Positions 58,071 through 64,000 of a stretch of DNA of 64,000 nt are shown one piece after another. The stretch's first letter is position 1. Every line of letters begins with the position of its first letter. The notes below the pieces were generated by a model. The model saw only the letters and a list, made by a program, of their open reading frames with translations. It was not told the DNA's origin and did not search any database. Source of the stretch: the human T2T-CHM13v2.0 reference genome, Homo sapiens; NCBI RefSeq assembly GCF_009914755.1, contig NC_060927.1; one strand, 5' to 3'. A program made the translations under genes and the position numbers.

Positions 58071-61000
58071 CTTTAGGTCATCACTGGAACCTGACCTATA
58101 GTAGACATTCAAAAAATATTTTCATGTAATTGAATTTGTCTCATGAGCTCCTTGATCTAATATACTGAGCAACTAGCCTTGCTACCATATCTTGTAAAAT
58201 GCCACTCGTGTTATACGTTGTGGGAATGCTTAGGTGCCTGACCAGGATTTTAAGAAGATATAGAACTAACTTAGTATTTATTTATAGGTCGCCCATCACA
58301 TGCTAAGCATCTTCTATACATTATCTCATTTGTGCCACACAACAATCCTTCAAGACAGTGTTTTCACCATTTTACACAGGAGTAAAATGATGTTCAGAGT
58401 AACTAATAAACAAATTTATCCAACTAGGGGTAAAGCCAGATTTTTAATTCAGTGTACATCTAACTTCAAAGGCACCTGTAAATTTGGGATATTATGGCAA
58501 GAGAGGTACTGGTAAAGCCACATTATCTTTAATCAAATATTTTAGAATAGCATCCACAGGAGTGTGCATGTGAGACCCCTGGCCTGGGAAGAGGAGTTTG
58601 CATCCTGATTTCCTTTTTCACTGCATATGGCAGCAAACCATAATGAGTCAGACATTGTCATAACACATTGCATAATTCCAATGAAGCATTCACATCTCAA
58701 CTACTCTTGATTATTTCCAATTCCGTAATAAATGAAAGAGATCAACTGTTCGGTGGTTTGAGGAGGGTGGAAAATCATTTAATTCTTAAGTACCATTAAA
58801 TATTTAATACTATTATAAGGAGGTAATGTCACTTTCCATAATACATTTGGCTTCAGGTACACTGGAATCCAGATTTTGACACCTCCATACCATGATAAAT
58901 TTTTGACCCTGAAATTTTATTTGAAATCACGACTCCAAAATCTCCTGTAGCCAATCTACCAGGAGTAGTATCTGTCAACAGAGAGAACATCATATAAAGA
59001 CCTTAACATTTTGAAAGCAAAGCCAAATGAAGCTCAATCACGAAAGGTCTTTTCTTTCTTTAAGGTGAGAGATGGAGCACAAATGAAGCATACCATGGTA
59101 AATAGGAACTGTGCTCACTTGCAGTCATGCACTATAGCCATTAAGCCTTAAGGTCTTAAGGTACTAAGCAATGCATATGATAAATTTCTCAAAAACATCC
59201 CAGCCATAACATAGTTCTTGCTGATTGCTCATTTACCCATAATGCATGCTGTCATAGCAAAGCCTGACAAATGACAGAGAAAGCTCAGGTTATTTTTTAC
59301 ACTGACTGCCAAGCCCCTCACCTCAGATTATTCATTTATTAGGGCAATCACTGAGGTCTGGGTACTTAATATTGTTTTCACCAAATATGAAAATGATCTA
59401 CTTGCCTATTCTTTAGTTCCTCCTAGGGCAAGCCATTTATCATCAGCTCAGGATAAATGACTGCTTCATTATAGCTATAATTTATGAGGTGTTAGAAGTA
59501 AAGAGCCACGCCTAGAGACTTAAAGCTTTAATATGGATTAAAATAAGATAATCAATCAAGCTAATACAAATTTTCCCTCAGCATTATTTCTTGTTTTGAA
59601 ATAGCTTAATAATTTGGTGAGGTGGCGGTAAGCTATGTTGAATATCCCATTATCCAACTACATGCATGTATGTCTGAGACAATACGTAAAGAAATATAGG
59701 ATGTGATACCATCGGAAAAAAAGAAATACAATGAAACCATCAGCTGTAATTGGCTGAAATCCTCACTTTCCTTAATGGTGTCAAACTGGAGACCAAAGAA
59801 TTACAAAGCAGGTGTAAACTTGGGTAGCATATTCCCTCTAATTCTTTTTCCTCTGTAAGAATATTGTAGAAAGATTGCTGCTGTTTTACTTTTCCTTATT
59901 CTCTCTACAACAAAGAAACACTGGGGAGAAAAGTTATGTCCCAATAACATGTCAACAATTTTGCTTTCTTTTATGTCTGAAGGTTTCACAACTCATAATT
60001 TGGACAAGAGCAGCTTCTTACTCTGTCTAGGGAATAAAGAATATTTCCCTCTAAAATGGCATTACGGACTTTAAAGAAATTTTTTCTGGTTTGCATCTCA
60101 ATTTTATAGTTATTAGGCTATGCCAGAACAAATATTATTTCTGAAATATGTGTCATGCTCAAGACACTAACGTAAACCTATTTGGCCACTTGAGTGAAAA
60201 GCTTTGAAGACTGTACGGGAAATTCACGATTTAGTACTTTAAACACACAGCACCAGGAAGAAAATCACCACAAGAATTAACAAATCAGCAGTCTAAAGCC
60301 AAAGACTCCAAGGTGCTAATTAAAAAAGCTTCCAAAAGTTCTTGTTATTTTTTTTAAGGCCATGTTCCTTGCAGGTGAGACAAATAGGCCCCTGCTGCCT
60401 CCAAGCAAATCTTGAAGGAAACTTCCAGCAAGGCCTGGTGACTGGAAACTACTCAGCCTTGAAATTAACATCCCTAAGAAAAACCTTTTCCACTCCCTCT
60501 AGACAACAGCAGCTTACATCTTCAGGACAAAACGAAAAAAAAAAATGATGACAAAAAAGAGGCCAGAGAAGACAGTTGGAGTAGTCACGCTGTGTTCTCT
60601 TGAAGGGAGCCTTCATTCTTTACCTCAGAGAGAGAGCGTGAAAACACACAGATCCTGACAATGGATTTAGTCAACGTGGCCAATCTCCCTACTTCCTTAC
60701 ACGTACATACCACTGAGTTTACCTTAAAAAAGTAAAAGCAGAAATTTTCACAAAAGCTGTGCATCAGGAGCTGTTATTACAAATGAGGCCAAGGCTCTGC
60801 ATAAGAAGAAAAGGATCTTTCACAAGTTCATAATGGGAACCGAATGCAAAAGCCATATAATTATAATCCAGAATATGGCATCCTATGATATAAAATATTT
60901 CCACTTAGCTTAACTGTTTTCCATTCAATATTATTTCCAGCAATAAAAGCCTCTGGAATATCACTCAAACTGGTTCAAGTTAAATTCCAATCTAGATCTT

Positions 61001-62124
61001 TGTTAGCTAAAGGACATTTTTTTAATCCAGTCATCTTTCTCCACCCTACACATAATTCAACAACAGCCCTTCAACAGGGATAAAACAATTTAAGCTCTGA
61101 AGTTGTTCTATGCATGTGTGTGTGAGATTTTCATGCCCTATGTATTTGGACTGAAAATACTTCTCTCTGTCTCTCTCTCATTTAGACTTTATTTAAGATG
61201 GTGAAAAAAAAAAAAAGCAAAATGTGATATTCACAAGTGCGCAGCATCTTATTTCCCATTTAAAAAGTATTCTGTAAAGAAAAGTCTTATACATAAAAAG
61301 AACTCTACTTGTAAAAATGAATAGGAATATGTACTATGAAAATATTAACCATCTTAGCTGTGAAGAGGTTCCAGTGGTTATAAAGAGAAGGGAAAGTAGA
61401 TAGAAAGCTCTGGCTTGGCTGTTGGGTTTTTGGTTTGCTTGTTACATGTTTACCTGTTTGTTTAACACTACATATATCTCCAGGTACTCCACCATCCATG
61501 TCATCAACTGTGGAAAAATGTCCCATTCTTTCTTATGCCTATTTCTTAGAAGTTCCAGATAGTGAGGGAAAATATTCTAGGTCTCAATGAGCAATGTTAT
61601 AAATTATATTTTGTATGCTACACTTTAGAGAGATGTCTTTAGTGTATTATACCATTGATGATTCTTGTGATTTTTATTTCTATGTAAAATACAGTTTACA
61701 CAAAATTTCTATCGCTTAGTGAGACATTCATAATTACATATGAATAAGAATTACAGAAGACATTAAAATGTTTTCATAATAGATGTGGAAAAAAGCTATC
61801 CTGCGAGCATGTTTAAAATAGACATGGTTTGCCTTAAACTGAGGCATAAAGCCCCACTGCTAACTGATAATTTAAAGCACAAAGATGGGGAACTGTTTTT
61901 CTCCTTACTTCTGCTTGTCTGTTTATCTGATGAAATGTTCAAATAATTCCTCTTCTCAAAATACTAGTCTCTAGTAATGCTTTTTTATATATGTGATCCC
62001 TCAAGGTAGTCCTTCCCAAATAATAGCCATCGATTTTTAAAAAAACTTTGAATGGATCAAATCTTCCAATAGACATCAATCAATATTCTCAGATGCTTTG
62101 GTAAGCCGGGTCATCACTACTCAC

Positions 62125-62209
62125 GGCCGATGCCCAACTACAGCTTGGTAGACTGGCAGAGCAAAGCTGATTTCTTTGAAAGGCCAAGTGATAGAGGTCA
62201 AGCTTGAGA
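62125..62209 (-). other. Weak candidate exon (85/88 nt, NAGNAG acceptor)
   Basis: Minus strand: gtgtttcctaagcag|TCTC...CGGCC|gtgagt; short pyrimidine tract; no recognisable peptide. Confidence 0.22.
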
Positions 62210-62271
62210 CTGCTTAGGAAACACACGCCTTTCCCTTATTTGTAGGACAAAAATGATTGTTAAAAATTTTT

Positions 62272-62314
62272 AAATTAAATAAGTTAACATTTTAAAAATT
62301 AAATAAGTTAACAT
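62272..62314. repeat. 24-bp-period tandem duplication
   Basis: aaattaaataagttaacat occurs twice. Confidence 0.8.
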
Positions 62315-64000
62315 ATGGGAAATCCATTGGTAAACTGAAATGCACTACATAAATCTATGATGGATCAATGTTGATATTATTATTTCTGTTAATTATATTA
62401 TGCATCTTCCTTCATGAGTCAGTCAGAATTTAGAAGATATTTACATTGTATTGGAATTTGTTGATTCAGTTCTAGGAATACAAACTCAGCATCTACCACG
62501 TAAAGGAACACAGTACTAGACACAAAGGGGATGTGTATCATGGATGTCAAGTCCCTGCTTTCTAGTAGCTCACAGTTTCAAACAACTAAAATGCAGTTCT
62601 GCGCCGGCTTCAGAGGGGCCAGGTTTCCCACAAGGCCTGGAATTGACCAATAGCTGAGCACACATACTTGCCATATATTTCTTGAATGAGTGAGTGAATG
62701 AATGAATACCTAATTTGGCTAACCCTGGGTATCATCCTTATTTTCATCATCTACTAAAAATTAGAGTTGAATATTTCTATTTTTCTGTAAGGTTTGAAAA
62801 TAACAAAAAATTATTTTCAATAAGCTAGGCATGAGAAAAAGCAATGGCAGCTACATATTTTTCCATAGCTTTCATTCCCTAATCACTTCTTGCATAGTTA
62901 TACACAGAACTTTAACTGCTGGCTTTTTAAGGGAAATTTCTCAAATGCAAACAAATATATTTCACCAAATAAAATCCTTACATGAATGGAATGGGAAATA
63001 GTAACTTAGATGTAAACTGCTAAGTTACCAATTAGCTTCTTAAAACAATTGAAAGTCACAGAGAGCCCTCAATATACAGAGGTGGTTAATTAATTAACAT
63101 TAGATGTGATTAATAATGAGTCTCATTTAATAGCAAATATCTGCCTGCAATGGCTGCATGACAGAACAAAAAGCCTTCAGAGAGCAAGCAACTATATTTA
63201 TCCTGATTGTGTTTGGGATTTTAACATGTTTTGTGCAGGCTGACAAATGGCCTATTAATTATCTAATGTTGTCTGACAACAACAGCTTGATAAAGATGTA
63301 TGTTTTTGAATCGCTGGATGGAAACTGCTGGAGAAGAGCCCCAGAGGGGCCTTGCTGTCCTAAAACTGGGCTCCTAGCCACAATGACAGTCAAGACAAAG
63401 CCCTATCTCCCGCCACAGCCTTCGCAGATAAAATATGGCTTGGCATTAGGGACATTTTTTTCTTTCAGAAAACTGCTTCTGCAATATCTGATTAGGAAAA
63501 GGAGGAGTACGTCTTTACTAAATTGGGGTTAAGGCATAATCAATATCATATATGGAGTGTCTGGCCTATTCTGCATAAACACGGGCACTTCATATTATTA
63601 AGGAGTCTATAATGCCGAGGAAGCATATGGCAGGACACTGCAGCTGTCTCTATTCTTTTTATTTAGAAGTTTATCTTCCAACCTGTTTGACAGCTGCTCC
63701 TAAGTGGTTTCACAGTGCCAAACTATTTTTATGATTGTTTGATGTTTTATTCTCCCATTTCAGTTAATGAGATAGGATCCCACAATGGCCATAATTCAGG
63801 GCTGTCAGAACTAAAAAGCATGCTTGTGGCAAGAGAGCCTGATGGTAAATAAGGCTAAAAGCAATGGATAATAAAAAAAAAACTCTGTTATCAGAGTCGC
63901 CTTTGCAATCAAAACTTGTTGGGGTCAGAGCCTTCCTTTCTTTGTGTGGCTTCTGGATATTCCCAGCCCTGTGCAAGGTCCCTGTCCACCCTCCTCCATC

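Noticed and set aside
63158-63532. 124-aa ATG ORF with an N-terminal hydrophobic stretch
   Set aside because: No recognisable family, promoter or exon structure; within chance expectation for 64 kb

Overview
Primate, most likely human, AT-rich non-coding genomic DNA; it is not prokaryotic and has no CRISPR array, operon, rRNA or tRNA. I recognise no protein-coding exon of a known gene. Every ORF-track entry I could assign comes from L1, THE1, Alu or simple repeats; the rest look like chance ORFs. The window is a layered set of mobile elements. (1) A 5'-complete, 3'-truncated older primate L1 (22976-30123) keeps an open antisense ORF0-like frame. It is split by a younger nested L1 3' fragment with a perfect 14-bp TSD, and both of its deletion breakpoints carry fold-back hairpins. 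(2) A full-length THE1A MaLR element (54253-56472). (3) About 11 Alu insertions or fragments, including tandem, nested and tail-less copies. (4) An MLT1 LTR interrupted by MER1B and an Alu fragment. (5) MER33, MER5B, LTR33-like, L1M, L2 and MIR relics, plus a probable ancient RTE-type LINE remnant. Indirect signs suggest the window lies in a large minus-strand transcription unit: all L1s are on +, there is a well-formed 58-nt minus-strand exon candidate at 41343-41400, and a GC-rich terminal-exon-like block at 14170-14843. I cannot name the host gene. I found no convincing novel biological system. Subfamily names come from remembered consensus sequences and need RepeatMasker/Dfam confirmation.
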